Shown here: in pieces, positions 13,235 to 26,680 of the stretch
Numbering within the stretch: the first letter of the stretch is position 1
Layout of the letters: every line of letters begins with the position of its first letter
DNA from: Octopus vulgaris
Taxonomy: Eukaryota
DNA: 64,000 bases
Direction of reading: 5' to 3'
Assembly: GCA_951406725.2 (NCBI GenBank)
Contig: OX597816.1
Coordinates: 2,232,001 to 2,296,000 of the forward strand
The notes under the pieces: model-generated
What the model was told of the DNA's origin: nothing
Seen by the model: the letters and a program-made list of their open reading frames with translations, nothing else
Database searches by the model: none
Made by a program: the position numbers and the translations under genes

Positions 13235-13520
13235 TATCATTGGATTAGCACACAGCAGCGTGTACCAGCAAATAGTTTGTTTGCTGAATTCCATAAAGAA
13301 AATCCACAATTCTTGTTTAAATCATTGATCGCAGATAGGCTAGCTTTGACTGAAGAGACACAATCAGGGGTTGAAATATTGAGGCTCCTTTGAGAAGCTC
13401 CTTACCTCAAAGAATCAAGTTGTGAACACACATCATCAGAAAGGAGTTGTCAAAGATGAAATACATTAGTAATTAATATATTTACATTTGAGTTTGCTGG
13501 AATGTATTAAGAATGAGTAT
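13235..13520 (+). repeat. Low-copy ~290-bp diverged repeat, copy 2 of 3
   Basis: Colinear with 12515-12800; the two copies are separated only by a SINE and a short spacer. Confidence 0.75.
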
Positions 13521-14921
13521 GTACACCGTTGTTTAAGAACATCAGACTCACTGCTCTTGGGACCCTATGAAGTAATGAACATGGCCTCTTTCTCTGGAAC
13601 AAACCAAGAAAAAAATTTTTTTTTCAAATATTAGATTTGTGTACTTTTTAAAGTTCACTGTATTTGAGAGCTTTCGTTTCTTCTTTCGTATTAATGTTTT
13701 AGTTTATGAAAATGCTAGGAAATTTGAGGTGTCATTTCATGGATATATAATCATTGCTTTTGACTGGCATCTGGTAACTTATTGATGCCTGAAATGTGTA
13801 GCAGTAGTTATGGTAGTAAGTGTACATGAAATAGTGGAGTGCATGAAATGTATACTTGCTGCAAATAATTCTTCAGTACCAGCTCAGATTCTCTTCAGTG
13901 CCAAAGTAATCTGCAAAAATACATAATACAGTCTCTGTAGGAGGAGTACTATATAATGTTAACAACCTATGAAATTCTTTGTCTATCACCTGCTTCGTCT
14001 TCGTCTTCTTCTTCTTCTTCTTCTTCTTCCCATAAGCTATATATTACATTCAATTCATATTTGTTTACATCTCTTTCCTACATCTTCCTGGCATTTCATA
14101 TCTGAACGAAAGTCAACATTTTGCTGATGTTATTTCGTTCTCTTTTTGACATCTGTGTGATTTAGATTTCAAAATTTAAGGTGAAACAAGCAAATTGTGA
14201 TATGTAATTAAATATACTACGTGCTTTTGTAATTAAGGGTTTTGTATCTTAAATCTCTATCAGAAATAGTGTACACCCTTTTTAGCAGTATCTAAAAGAC
14301 AGTATAAGGAGAAGGCTAAATATTTAATGGGTTGTTTCTTTTTTGGTTAAAATTTGAATGCTAAATATAGAAAAGGTTGATTCTTTAATCAACACTAAAA
14401 TTATGAAAGGTTAAATTGATTTATTTTGTGGAATTTCAATATGGAACTGCTTATAACAAACGAGGTAGTTGCAAATTAAATTTTATCTGCTCTGTTTTGA
14501 ATATGATTATTTCAATCTTGTATTTTGTTTCCAAATGGAACATCAATATAAATCAATACTTTTAGTGTGTGTGTACACAATGTATATAAACCAAAACTAT
14601 TGATTTATACTTATTTCAAACCATTTCTAAATGTCTTTTGGGGATTGTTCAACACTTTATTCCCAATTATTAACTGTCCTAGTTCATTATTGCAGCAACG
14701 TATATCAAATAATGCCAAACTATAAAGAATCATAAAATTTAGAGCTGTAAAATATTTCAAATTTTTCTCACATAGTTTGTTATTAAAAACATAGATCTAA
14801 TACCCGTAGGGGATTTAAAAAATTTTTTATATAGAATCTATTCATTCACAAGTTACTTGATGCCATATTACTTTATTTTGTTAGCAAATTAACACCTGCT
14901 TGAATTAGTTTTCATATTGAC

Positions 14922-15275
14922 TGTTCAGTCCCACTGTATGCTACATTGCATGAGTATCTTCTACTTTAGCCCTGGGTCGATCAAAACCTCCTTGTGAGTG
15001 GATTTTGTTGGGCAGAAACTGAAAGGAGCCTGTCGTATCTCTCTGTTTAATCTCTCTCTCTCTCTTGTTATATATAACATGTAAGTCTTTGACACCGTGA
15101 TGGTTGTAAATAAATGCCATTTTTTTTACCAATCTTCTATGAAATATGTCTCGGCATGGAGAAATATTATTTTGCTTGGAAACAAGCAGGACACCTGACC
15201 ATACACAATCTACTCCATCTAATTCCATCTGACCCTTTGAAAGCATAGATAAGTGGATGTTAAAAGAATGATGTT
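14922..15275 (+). mobile_element. SINE family A2 copy (decayed)
   Basis: Head 'gttcagtcccactg...tcttctactttagcc...ccttgtgagtggatttt...gaaactgaaaggagcc' and tail 'aagcatagataagtggatgttaaaagaatgatg'. Confidence 0.65.
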
Positions 15276-16484
15276 GATAGCAGTGACATGGCAACATATG
15301 ATCTTTATATATTTCAGAGTACTAGAAGTTAACAATTTGACTATTAAGGAATTCAAAGTAGGTCATAGATTGTACAATACCGAAACATTACAATAGTTTA
15401 TTTTGCTAATAGTCAATGTACAAAACTGCTCCAATCTATTTTACATTCTCTGTCCTCTGTAGGGTGTTTCGGCTGAATTTGGCAGTTTGCATAACACACA
15501 AAAATACATGACTATAAGGTACATATTGACATGTAGTCATGTCTCTTTGACATTCTTAGTTCCAATTCTTCTGGGATCAGTTTTGTGTTGTTAATGAAGT
15601 GATCCCCACCCCTCCCACCAGATGTCTAGTTTCTGCTTTTACTAGAATTGTTTCTGTTGGATAAAATACTTAGTGGCATCTGTTCTGGTTCTTCATATTC
15701 GGAGTCCAAATCCCATCCCAGCTGAGTTTGACTTTGTTTTTCATCCCTTAGTGGTCAATGGAAATATAGTACCAGCCAGGTATTCTGGGGGTGGAATCGT
15801 CTAACCCTGCTCCCCTTCAAAACTGCTGTCTTTATGCCTAAATTAGGAATAATTGTTGCTGTTGTTGTTAACAAACACTTGTATTGAGATCCATTCTTTG
15901 TCAACCCGATATAACCCCACTCAACATTTCTTTCTCTCTCATCCAAACAGTTCTGTCCAAAATATTAGATATCCTCATTTTGTTCACAACATAAAATATA
16001 TTCCACCATTTTAATTAGTTTCATTTTTTGACTACCACTGAACCCCATAAGTTGCCTCACATTCTGCTGCTTTATCAAAGTAGATGGTGCTTCAGCTTAT
16101 ATTTTATTGATTTTTTTTTTTTGGTTTTGGTCTCTGCCTCATTTTGAAAGAAGCGGAATTTCTGTGTATTGAAATTCCCTTATGATGGGTTGGGTGGCTG
16201 TTGTTACTTCTTGCAACTGAGTTCCAAATAAGCCTGTTCTTTAATTATTCTGCTATCCTTTATCAGCAAATTTATTTCAACTCTGCAAAGCTGTTTTGAA
16301 TATGTGTCTATAATTTTTATTACAATGCTGTGATCCTTATCTGTTGAATCCTAAACATGCATGCACGTGCACACACACACACACACACAACTGTGTTTTA
16401 TTTGTGCATGTATGCACATGCATGCACATACACACATGCACACACGATGGTGAGTCATTAATTATCTGCAATGCAGAAAAAAAG

Positions 16485-16900
16485 TCATCAGCAGAGATGA
16501 CTTTTTTCCAAGATCTTATCTTTATTCCATAATGATTCAAAAGTCATTGGCAGATTTCACCGATTTTCTTTGTGCAATTCTGTGAGCTGTTTTGGGATCC
16601 ATTTTGCATAAACTGTAATTGAAGCCAAGTCTGTTTTGGATGACTTCATTGGTTGAATCAGAATTAATTTGCATGGTATTGTAGCTCCATCTATAGTCAC
16701 TGATCTGTTCAACAGAAAGAAGCTTGCCACGGACTCAGTTCAACAGTTCAGGATGTGGCCAGTATCCAACTCCTTCTTAACGAACATGTGCTGCTAGAGC
16801 AACTATTTAAAAAAGGTTCAGTCCATTTGTCGACAGGTCACAGGGGCAAAACCCTATTTCTCATACAATATGAGAAACAGTGTTTTGCCATTATGAGCTG
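16485..16900 (-). pseudogene. Decayed mariner-type transposase N-terminal/central fragment
   Basis: Minus-strand pieces read NRSVTID..MQINSDSTNEVIQNRLGF..VYAKWIPKQLTELHKENR..ICQ*LLNHY..KKVISADD. This matches the mariner pattern RRVTI..IS.GS..II..LGF.KVCARWVP..LT...R...RIVTGDE; stops and frameshifts are present. Confidence 0.65.
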
Positions 16901-17614
16901 TCTATTTGGCCCCAGTTACACCTTCAGCTTACAGAAAATGAGCCATGGGGTGTCCCTTGCCTTTGGACCAAACAGGAAGTGAGACAGGCATTGCAAAACT
17001 AACAATAGCAATTGTAGTTTGAAATTCAAGCCTGCATCTTTGCGATTAGAAAGAGAAAGAGAGGGCATGTCTAGTGATACACATCCAACTAACTTGCTCA
17101 ACAGTAGGGAAAAATCTCTTAAGCATATTACATGTATTTATTGGTTCACCCTTGTATGTGTGTATGTGTATACGTATATATGTCATCAGCCAAATTACTT
17201 GTGTGCGTGCATATATATATATATATATATGTGATATGCTGTGGTGAACTAGCCTCCATTAAGCAAACACAAGGACAACCCCATCTTCATTTCAAAGTTG
17301 TTTGCAAGAAAGACATGAAGTCTCTTTACATAAATGTTAAAAGGGAGGTCATTGTTGATAATTGCTCCTCCTGGAGATTGGAATTAGAGAAAAGTTCAAG
17401 AGAGGAGGGGTTGAGAACGGTTGATGAAGAAAAGTAAATTTGATGAAAAAGCTGCACCAGGACAAGACTGGCAGGTAGCACTTTACTGCAATTGGGGTCT
17501 GACACTTAGGTGTGAGTCTCTACAATCACTACAGGTGATGTTCTGCTGAGAAGACCAAAGCAAGCCTCTTCCAGGTGCAGTTCTATAGCCTCATGAAACT
17601 AATGGATACCACCC

Positions 17615-17659
<45 letters not shown>

Positions 17660-18939
17660 CACACACAATATTTATTTGGTTGGTGCCATTCTATTGAATT
17701 TTCTCTATCTAGATCTTGTGTTTGGGGAAATGCTCACAAATAACATCAGCTGAATAAATTGAATATACCTCTGTATTGAGTACTGTTTCCCTTGTCCAGT
17801 GAAATCAATGAATGTGCATATATGTTTATGTATAAAGCACAGTAATATCACTGTGAATTTATGTCAAAATAGTGCATGATCCTGAGCTGATAGAGGTATA
17901 AAAGTACCAAGATAAGAATGCTGTTTGATATGATAGTAAAATAAATCATTTTAGTGCTTATTATCTGTGTTTAGTGATCATCGTCTGAGGGGAAGAGAGA
18001 ATGTATGTGTGTGCATGTATGCATAAAACACACACACACACACACACACATTACCACTCCCTCTAACATAACATTTTTACCTTTTTATCTTAAACTGTGT
18101 TTGTACGTGTGTGTGTATGTGTGTGAGAGAGAGAGAGAGAGACCCTCTTTCTGCCTCCAATCTATAAGTAATTTTCTGAATATAGCTGTGTGCTAAATTT
18201 GCTTGTTGAGAATATCTGTAACTGCTTCCATATAAATAAGTTCTTTTGGGCGGACAACAAATCTCTGTTGTAGATATCTCCTTGCAAGCACATCAAACGC
18301 TGACTCATCCCGTAATCGGAGGATGAATTACATTGGTAACAAGACTTTCCTAAATAGATATCTTTCTCTCTCTTCCATTTTCATCTCATGCCCATTTCTT
18401 AATCCCAACGAGTATATATTTTAATTTCAATGCATTTAAAGTAACCAGCTTATCATTAACATTGTTGAAATCAAATTGAACATTATTCGATTTTTACAAT
18501 TAAACTTTCATTTGGTTCCATTTCTGTTTTGCTGGGTTTTTCATGTTTCTTCTTCTTATTATTATGTCTGTTTTCTCTTTGATATCTGATATATTTCCAA
18601 ACTATTTGCAAGGTTCATGTTTAGCTGTGTCTAATCTCTGGTTTTGTATTACTCTTATCTTGTCTCTGGTAAATGATTAAAGTATTTTGCTTTTGTTCTC
18701 ACTTGGAGTTGTTGAAACAGATTTTCCATTATAGATAGGATACTCCTGCTCCACCCACAATCTCCCATCTGCATGTTTTCACATTCTAGGTGTTGAAGTA
18801 GTGTTTGTAGAATATGGTTCCCTTAAAAAAATATGATGTTTCTAACATTGTTTATAGTTTCAAAAATTTCAGAGAAAGTAGTTTTCCTTATAGTCCATTT
18901 CTCCAATTAATTTGTCAGCTAATGAAGAGACATATTTAA

Positions 18940-19153
18940 CTTTGTTGGTACTAACCCTCCTGATACCACCACTGGAAGGATACAAAGTTTCTGTTTGAAA
19001 GCAATCTAAATTAAAACCTTCCAGCAAAATTACATATTAAATTTCCAAATATGAGTTTAATGATGAAAAAATGATTTTATTAAATTCTTCAATATTTTAA
19101 AAATTAACTGGAACTAAAGACAGTGAATATAAAAAAAAATATGGTAACATGTG
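18940..19153 (+). mobile_element. piggyBac-type MITE family 2, decayed copy
   Basis: TTAA at 18936-18939 and 19154-19157; internal 'tctaaattaaaaccttccagcaaaatt' and 'atatggtaaca' match the 36404-36628 copy. Confidence 0.6.
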
Positions 19154-19574
19154 TTAAATTGGAATTTATGAATAAGTTAAAATTTAGTACATTTAGACAA
19201 ATGGATAAGGATAATAGGTCATAGAATCCAGTTTGATAAAGCTTTGTAGACACCAACAAATTGATTATTTGCTGTTTGCAATATAAGAATGCCAGCTTTT
19301 AGCAGGCAAAGAATGATGGATTTGGCATCTGTAAGTTATGAAGTGAACACCATAGAAAGCTATGTCCTACAGCCCAGGGCTGTCATGGCCCAGCCCAGTT
19401 TTTCTGTTTGATTAGAGAGGAATACGTTAATGAAAATGTAAACAGCTTTATCTTTATGTAACTTATAAAATAACATATTATATTGTTATACTTGGGGTTG
19501 GTCCTGTTTTTACCAATTGACCGCATGCACTAATTGGCAAAAAAAATCTACCATTTCTAAATATAAGAAACATA

Positions 19575-19961
19575 GGCACAGGAGTTGCTGTGTTGTAAGA
19601 AGCTTGCTTCCCAACCATATGGTTCCGGGTTCGGTACCACTGTGTGGCACCTTGGGCGAGTGTCTTCTACTATAGCCTCGGGCTAACCAAAGCCTTGTGA
19701 GTGGATTTGGTAGACGGAAACTGAAAGAAGCATGTTGTGTGTATATATGTGTGTGTGTGTGTGTGTATTTGTATTTGTCCCCCCAACATCACTTGACAAC
19801 CAATGCTGGTGTATTTATGTCCCAATAACTTAGTGGTTCGGCAAAAGAGACCGATAGAATAAGTAGTAGGCTTACAAAGAATAAGTCCTGGAGTTGATTT
19901 GTTCGACTAAAGGCAGTGCTTCAGCATGGCCGCAGTCAAAGGACTGAAACAAATAAAAGAA
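19575..19961 (+). mobile_element. tRNA-derived SINE, family A1 (full length)
   Basis: tRNA-like head with A-box-like 'ttgctgtgttg' and B-box-like 'gggttcggtacc', a CORE-like 'gcaccttgggcgagtgtctt', a central (GT)n and tail 'cagcatggccgcagtcaaaggactgaaacaaataaaagaa'. At least five copies occur in the window. Confidence 0.9.
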
Positions 19962-20063
19962 TTATAGAATCAGTTTCAATGCATGATTTCACATCAGGAA
20001 TCTTGCAAAAAATAAAGCATAATGACATAATATACTATAATATATGATCTGTCTGTCTATCTA

Positions 20064-20476
20064 TCATCATTATCATGTAATGTCTGTTTTCCATGCTGTC
20101 ATGGGTTGGACAGTTTGATTAAAAACTGGTAAGCTGGGGAGCTGCACCAGGTTCCAATCTGATTTGGTATGGTTTCTATGGCTGGATGCCCTTCCTAATG
20201 CCAACCACTCCGAGAGTGTAATGGGTGCTTTTATCTGCTATCAGCACAGGTGCCAGTTATGAAACACCAGCATCAGCTATGATCTCACTTGGCTTGAGAG
20301 GTCTTCTCAAGTACAGTAGATCACCAGAGGTTTTGGTCCCTTCTTTCTGCCTCTCTGAGACCCAGTGTTTGAGGGGAGCTTTTTATGTGACACTGGCACG
20401 ACACTTGCATAGACCACTTCTACGATTTCACTAGGCTTGACGCAGCTTCTCAAGAACAGCATATTGCCCAACGTCC
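20064..20476 (-). mobile_element. RTE-like LINE 3' end
   Basis: The minus strand encodes ...GQYAVLEKLRQA (an ORF end), followed by the shared 3' UTR and an ATG-type tail. Confidence 0.7.
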
Positions 20477-20507
20477 AGAGGGTACTTATTTTTGTTTCAT
20501 TTGAAGG

Positions 20508-20700
20508 TTGTTGTTGCTATTTAACCTCTTCTCAACTCTGATTGAGCAGGACATATGATCGAAGGTGTTCCAGCCATGACCATCATGTCCTTTTTGTTTA
20601 TTTAAGGGTAACATTGTCCCACCTATCCCTCCTAATTTTTTTTATGGTGATATTGTGTGATTTGAAGATATGACTGCTATTTCTTGTAGATCAAAGGACC
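20508..20700. repeat. Old interspersed repeat family (unclassified)
   Basis: 'ctgattgagcag..atgatc.aaggt.ttcca.ccatgaccatc...gctatttct.g.ag' recurs at ~28497-28680, 47680-47870, 52275-52445 and, inverted, ~61150-61305. Confidence 0.6.
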
Positions 20701-21499
20701 CTTTCTCCTTTGGCATTGATAAAATTGCAAAGATAGATTTCATAGTCTGTAAGAAACCATTCTACATTGAATATTTAGCAAATACTTGATTCCTTTTTTA
20801 TATAGCTTCTAAATTAGAGTGGTTATTCATTTGATATTAAAAATATATCAAGGTGTGTTTTTAGAGGTATATTCTCCTTTGTTAATTACTTATAACTATC
20901 AACTTTGACATGATTCAAGCAGAGTAAATATGTCTTCTCACATAAACAGGATAAAATTTCTCATTCTGTTCACATTCAGCAGATTTCAGCAAAACACTTT
21001 ATTTGGTGAGCTCCAAAAAATGATTTTATTTCACATTAGTGTCAACTCTTCTACATGTTGTAGATATAATATTACAGAGCTAAAAGCTTATAGAATTGGA
21101 CAGTTTCAACTTCACCTGCCAAAATGCAGTTTATGTTTGCTGGCATTATGCTACTTAATGCCATTCTTGGTTTTTGGGTTATTATCTACCTGTAGCTGCA
21201 GATCTAAATGCAACAATTCCTCATATGTATTGTTCATTTCAGAACACAATTGAATGAAGGCAGTGTGTATAAAGCACGCACGCACACACATACGCACACA
21301 CACACACACCTCAAATATGAACCAAACCCCTCTTTCAAAAAAAATGACTCCTGTTAATTTCTGCTATTTTTACTAATGCTAAAAACGATGGGTAATTAAT
21401 AATAAATGATGACTACTTGCAAAAGTTATTCATCTGGAATTAGACCTGGTCACATGGTGTGTCTCATTCTGTTTTTTGAACATTGCAATCAGCCCACAG

Positions 21500-21870
21500 C
21501 CTACCATGCCACCATAAAAGGCAAGGCCTGTTTAGAAAAGCTCATTGTGTTGTGAACATGGCTCAGATAATGAGATCAACTGGTTTGTAACCAAGTGAAC
21601 TGAAATTTTCCCACCAAATAGTCCTGTCAAGTTTTTTAGAAACCCATTGGAGCATTATAAAAGCTGAGATTTTGAGTTCCCACATAACAACCTCAGGTGC
21701 CACATAGACCTATGTCAGTTAGTTTTGTGATGTCCTCACTTCTTTTTTACTTCCCCTGTATTCAGTAACCCTGAATAGTTTTCACATTGTCACCAACACT
21801 ATTTTATACAATTAAAACTTGCAACTGCCACCTTCACTCTCTCGTATTGGCTATTTTATTCAAATAATTG
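21500..21870 (+). pseudogene. Possible very decayed maT/Tc1-mariner transposase C-terminus
   Basis: Scattered motifs TWL.DN, PPNSP, WSIIKAE and PHNNL, with an end resembling the 3' end of the 31.4-kb element's transposase. Confidence 0.35.
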
Positions 21871-22653
21871 TTATAGATGTGTAAATATCAATGTTTCATA
21901 GAATGGGAAATATGGAGATTCATATGAATAGAAGAGTGGGCCCTTGCAGCCTATTACTGTGTATTACCATTGAAAAATAAATGTTGAAGACCCACACGAA
22001 AATAGCACAGCAGAAACCGGTCGCTTATCTCATTTTAAGTTATTTCTGTTAGGAAAATGTGTGATTTTTCTATTGGATAGGGGGATAATTTTTATTATGA
22101 AATTAAAGACATTCTGGATGCAATAATAAATCAAACTATTGAATAATCTCATTCAAAGTTGATATAGTCATATGGAGGAGCAGTAGGGGAAGAGAAATGT
22201 TAGAATCCTTGGTGAAATGCATTAAAATATTTTGTAATATCTCTTTTTTTTTTGTTTATATATTATTTCTCAATTTCCACCAGATTGTCTTGCTTCCCTG
22301 CAGACTCAATAAAATAAGTATAAGTATGTAGTGGAGTTATTTCAATCATATGTACCCTTCCGTTGTAATCTCTGGCCTTGTGCCAAAGGGAGAAATGATT
22401 AAAACGTGTGTAAAAAGTAGGCTTCGGAAAACAGTAATGGAGAAGTCCTTGGTTTCTAATAGCATACAAGTATTTTTTTATGCTTCACTAAAAATTGAAA
22501 CATAGAAAATATTTTAGAAAAACTTGGAAGCTACAGAAGAAAAATTTTCATTTAAATTTACTCTAAAATATTCCGCATGAATGTTACATTTAGTTTGATA
22601 CGTGTTCAGAATGCCTATAGAATAAAATATGGAAAGTAAACTTTGGTTAGTTG

Positions 22654-22932
22654 TCATCATCATCATCATCATCATCATCATTTAACATCCGTTTTCCATG
22701 CTAGCATGGGTTGGACGGTTTGACCGGGGTCTGGTAAGCCATGGAGGCTGCACCAAGCTCCAGTCTGGTTTCTTTAGCTGGATGCCCTTCCTAACGCCAA
22801 CCACTCCGTGGGTGTATTGGGTGTTTTTTACATGCCACCGGCACAGGGGCCAGACGGGGCTGGCAAACGGCCATGATCGGTTGGTGCTTTTACGTGTCAC
22901 CGACACGGACGCCAGTCAGGTGGCACTGGCAT
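22654..22932 (-). mobile_element. RTE-like 3' end copy
   Basis: (CAT)n then 'ttaacatccgttttccatgctagcatgggttggacgg...gctggatgcccttcctaacgccaaccactcc'. Confidence 0.8.
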
Positions 22933-23628
22933 CTAATTTTTGTGGGGAGGAAAAATTGAAATGAGGTCTGTAACTACAAAAGTTTTGTAAATTGCAGCTT
23001 CTACCCATCCCCCACACTTGCTGTTCTTCTGTCTCCATTCATTTCTATTCACTTCCTTGTGCCTCGAGGTGCCACACTGGCACCTCATCACCACTGTTCT
23101 TATCTGTTTCTACTTCCTCGTCATCTTTAGCCTCTTTTCTATAATCTGAGTAGCCATGTAGCCCCTCTACAGCATGGAACCTGTTCTCTTCCCTAATGCT
23201 TCCCTCCCTATTGCAGCCTCACTCACTTGGAAACGGTAGTCTTTTGAGCTGCATGGTGACCTCACTTGTACTGGTACCACAAGAAGAGCACCGAGTACAT
23301 GCTGTGAAGTGGTTGGCATTAAGAAGCGCATTTAGCCTGAAGCAGACATTTGAAGCATGATGTTGTCCTTGGACTTGTTGGATCCTGTCAAAATGTCCAA
23401 CCTGTGCCATTGTGGAACCTGGATGTTAAAAGGTGAAGATGGTGGCAAGAGTAAGACAGTCGGACAAGAAGTTATTTTGAAAACCCAACTGGAATCAAGT
23501 TGTCATGGTTGGATAAAATGATAGAGAAATATCATAACAAAATGATATGATTTATTGGAGATGTGACAATCTCTCAATGTAGGCTCCATGTTCCTGCATG
23601 TTTTAAGAGGTGGCATGACCCAATAGAA

Positions 23629-23955
23629 GGTGCATGGCTGAGTGGTTAGAGCGTTGGACTCACAACCATGGGGTAGTAAGTTTGATTCCTGGATCAGGCT
23701 GTGTGTTGTGTTCTTGAGCAAGACACTTTATTTCACATGGTTCCAGTTGAGTTGTGATGTCACTGGTTCTAGACCCTATTGACCTTTGCCTTTCCCTTGG
23801 ATAATATCAGTGGCATGGAGAGGGGAGGCTGGTATCATAGGCAACTGCTGGTCTTCCGTTAACAACCTTCCCTGGACTTGTGCCCTGGAGGGGAATTTTG
23901 TAGGTGCAATCCCATAGTCATTCATGACTGAAGGGGGTCTTTACTTTTTACTCTT
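23629..23955 (+). mobile_element. tRNA-derived SINE family B with CORE-like domain
   Basis: A-box TGGCTGAGTGG and B-box GTTTGATTCC, then 'tgtgttgtgttcttgagcaagacacttt'. A second copy lies inverted at 57558-57891. Confidence 0.85.
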
Positions 23956-24539
23956 TAAAAGGGCTGGAGAGGTACCTAAACAGCCTGGTAACTGGAAGAG
24001 CATCTAGCTGTGAATCACGGTCTTAAAAAAACCTGTCTCATTCATGTCACCATGAAAAAATTCATCATCATCATTTAACATCTGTTTTCCGTGCTGGCAT
24101 GAGTTGGATGGTTTGATAGGAGCTGGAGAACTGAACTAGGCTCTGATTGCCTGTTTTGGTATGGTTTCTACAACTGGATGCCCTTCCTAATGCCAATCAC
24201 TTTGCACAGTCTACTGGGTGCTGTTTTATGTGGCACCAGCATGAGTGCTTCTTACATGGTGCCAGCATAGGATGCCTTTCATGTGGTGTTAGTAAAGGTG
24301 GCACTACATGGCGTCAACACAGATACTTTTGGTGTGGCACTAACACCTGTAGGGTTGCCAAATAAAAGACGATGTAAAATACTGCTGCAAGCCAGTTTGA
24401 ACATAAAACAGGTAGAATATTTTGGCTGGATATGGTCAGTTTAAATGCTAGGAGGTTAAAACATTTGCAAGTGGCATTTCAAATAGTCTTCATGGTTTGT
24501 TATAATAAAATAGTTCAAATGTGTTTGGAAAGAAACCTG

Positions 24540-24860
24540 TAAAGAGCAGAGTTTATGAAATGTGATGTTAGAAGTGTGATGCTGTATGATGGATGGGGAG
24601 CATGGCAGATTCTCTGACACCAGAGAAGAATGAGTTGAATATGATCTGTTGGATGGGTAACATTAATTTGCATGAAAGATTAATACTAAGTGGGCTGATT
24701 AATCAACTGGGCATTAAACATTGATATACATGCAACCAGAGGAAAGAGTATGTGTTGGTGTGGTGGATATATAATGTCATACATGATACTTTCTAGGTGA
24801 CAAAAAAGTACAATATATTGGTTGAGGAGAAACCTTATGACAAAGACTAAAAGGTGATGA
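24540..24860 (+). pseudogene. Decayed RTE-like reverse-transcriptase C-terminal remnant
   Basis: Fragments KSRVYE..VRSVMLY..EKNE.NMI.WM.NINLHER..LGI resemble RTE KGRLY..CVR..MLYGSETW...E..MLRWM; frameshifted. Confidence 0.5.
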
Positions 24861-26195
24861 GGTTAGACTTCAGAGAGTTTTACAGACAGTATTATATAGA
24901 GACAAAAAAAAAAAAATAAATAATAATGATATGCCAGCCTAGAAGTATACATTTTAAATACAGGTTTATAATTTAAATGGATTTTTAAGACTATCAAATA
25001 TTTTGTAAAAAATTTTATACTGGGAAAAATGATGCCATTATATTTCTTCATGTATTCTCTTAACTCTGTCAGCCATTAACAATCCTTGCTTTTGATAGGA
25101 ACAGTTCCACTCCTAATATACATAAACTGCATAATATATACACTCAGATGATTATATTTTCCTCTCTCTCTCTCTCGTGTGTGTATACTCTACTCGTAGC
25201 TGTAGAAGATCCTGTAGTAGACTTCTATTGATTTTCTTTTTTATTCAACATCAGAGTTAGCTTGAAAATGCCCAGAGAAGCATATTTTTCTTATCTAATC
25301 TATCTCATCTAAAGATTTATTTGTATTTCTTTCCTTTGAAAAATGCTCTGGGTAAAAGTAAAAAAAAAAAAGAAAGAAAAAAAAAAACAACCCCCAAAAA
25401 AACAAATGTAACAATAAAACTGTTTTGTTTCTAGATCTAGATAATTTCCCTCCCACTCTCTTTCTCCCCTCCCTCCCTCCCTCTCTCCTCCCTCTCTATC
25501 TCTTGATGTATGCATGCTTATTACATGACTTTACTCACTACTATGCAAGTTTTTTTTTTTTTTTATCCCAACACCCTTTGAGAAAATGCAAGACTAATTG
25601 GGCATTAACTTCTTGTGGAAATTTCCATAATTCTATATTTTTACAATAATTTCCTTATTATTATTATTATTATTATTATTTCGCGGTCCAGTATTCATCT
25701 AATATTTATTTTATATCAATTTAAAAATCGTTCTTAATTAGTGATATATATTTACACTGAAAATACAAATATTGAAGGGTTTTTTTAAAAATTTTTTTCA
25801 TTTTTTTTTCTTTTAATCTGAGAATGGTATTTAAAATCATTATTTCTATAACTTCTGCTAAATTGAACAGCCTACAAGAAAGACAAAAACGATAAAATTT
25901 TCAGAGATTTTCTTTCGTTTTTTTTTAAATGATTACATTTAGAAATGAAATTACCAATATTTCTGTTTGTTTATTTTTATGTGTGTGTGTTCTAACATCT
26001 GATTATTTTATTCTACGTTATACAGATAGATTAGATAATTTCTTTTATCAGTCAACAAAGCACTTTAACATCAATGATTTCTTATCTGTTTTCACAATAT
26101 GGGCATAAGCCATGTTTTCCCCTTTTTCCCTCTCATTATCCTGCTTTTAGCATCATCATCATCATCATTATTAGTAGTAGTAGTAGTATTAGTAA

Positions 26196-26680
26196 GGCGG
26201 TGTACTGGCAGAATTGTTAGCATGCCGGATAAGATGCATAGAAGTGTTTCATCCATTTTTACATTCTGAGTTCAAATTCTGCTGAGATTGACTCTTCAGG
26301 GTTGATAAAATAAGTACCAGTTGAGCACTGGGGTTGATGTAATTGACTTGCCCCCCTCCTCCAAAATTGCTGGCCTTGTGCCAAAATTTGAAACCATCAT
26401 TATTATTAATAGTAGCAGCAGTAACAAGGTGATGAGCTGGCAGAATTGTTAGCACCATTTCTTTTGGCTTAATCCAACTGTGTTTGGATTTGCTTTTTAT
26501 CCTTTTGGGGGTTGATGAAATAAAGTAGCACTCAAGAACTAGGTTGAAAGTTTGCCTTTCATCTTGGAACTAGAATCGATAATAAGTAATACCAGTTATA
26601 TATACTGAGACTAGATTAGTCAGTCATGGCTATTCCCTACAAATGCATGTGTGTGGTCCTGTGCCAAAGGTAGATATCTC
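26196..26680 (+). mobile_element. Tandem copies of SINE family C (Meta-domain-like centre)
   Basis: 'ggcggtgtactggcagaattgttagca...gagttcaaattc...gggttgataaaataagtaccagttgagcactgggg...ggccttgtgccaaaatttgaaacc', with a restart at ~26428. Related copies at ~5795, 8300, 15690, 47930, 48130 and, inverted, 52470 and 52700. Confidence 0.75.

Noticed and set aside
23629-23700. tRNA-like sequence (also 19575 and 35980-36049)
   Set aside because: A and B boxes are present but there is no paired acceptor stem, and each continues into a repeat body; these are SINE heads, not tRNA genes.
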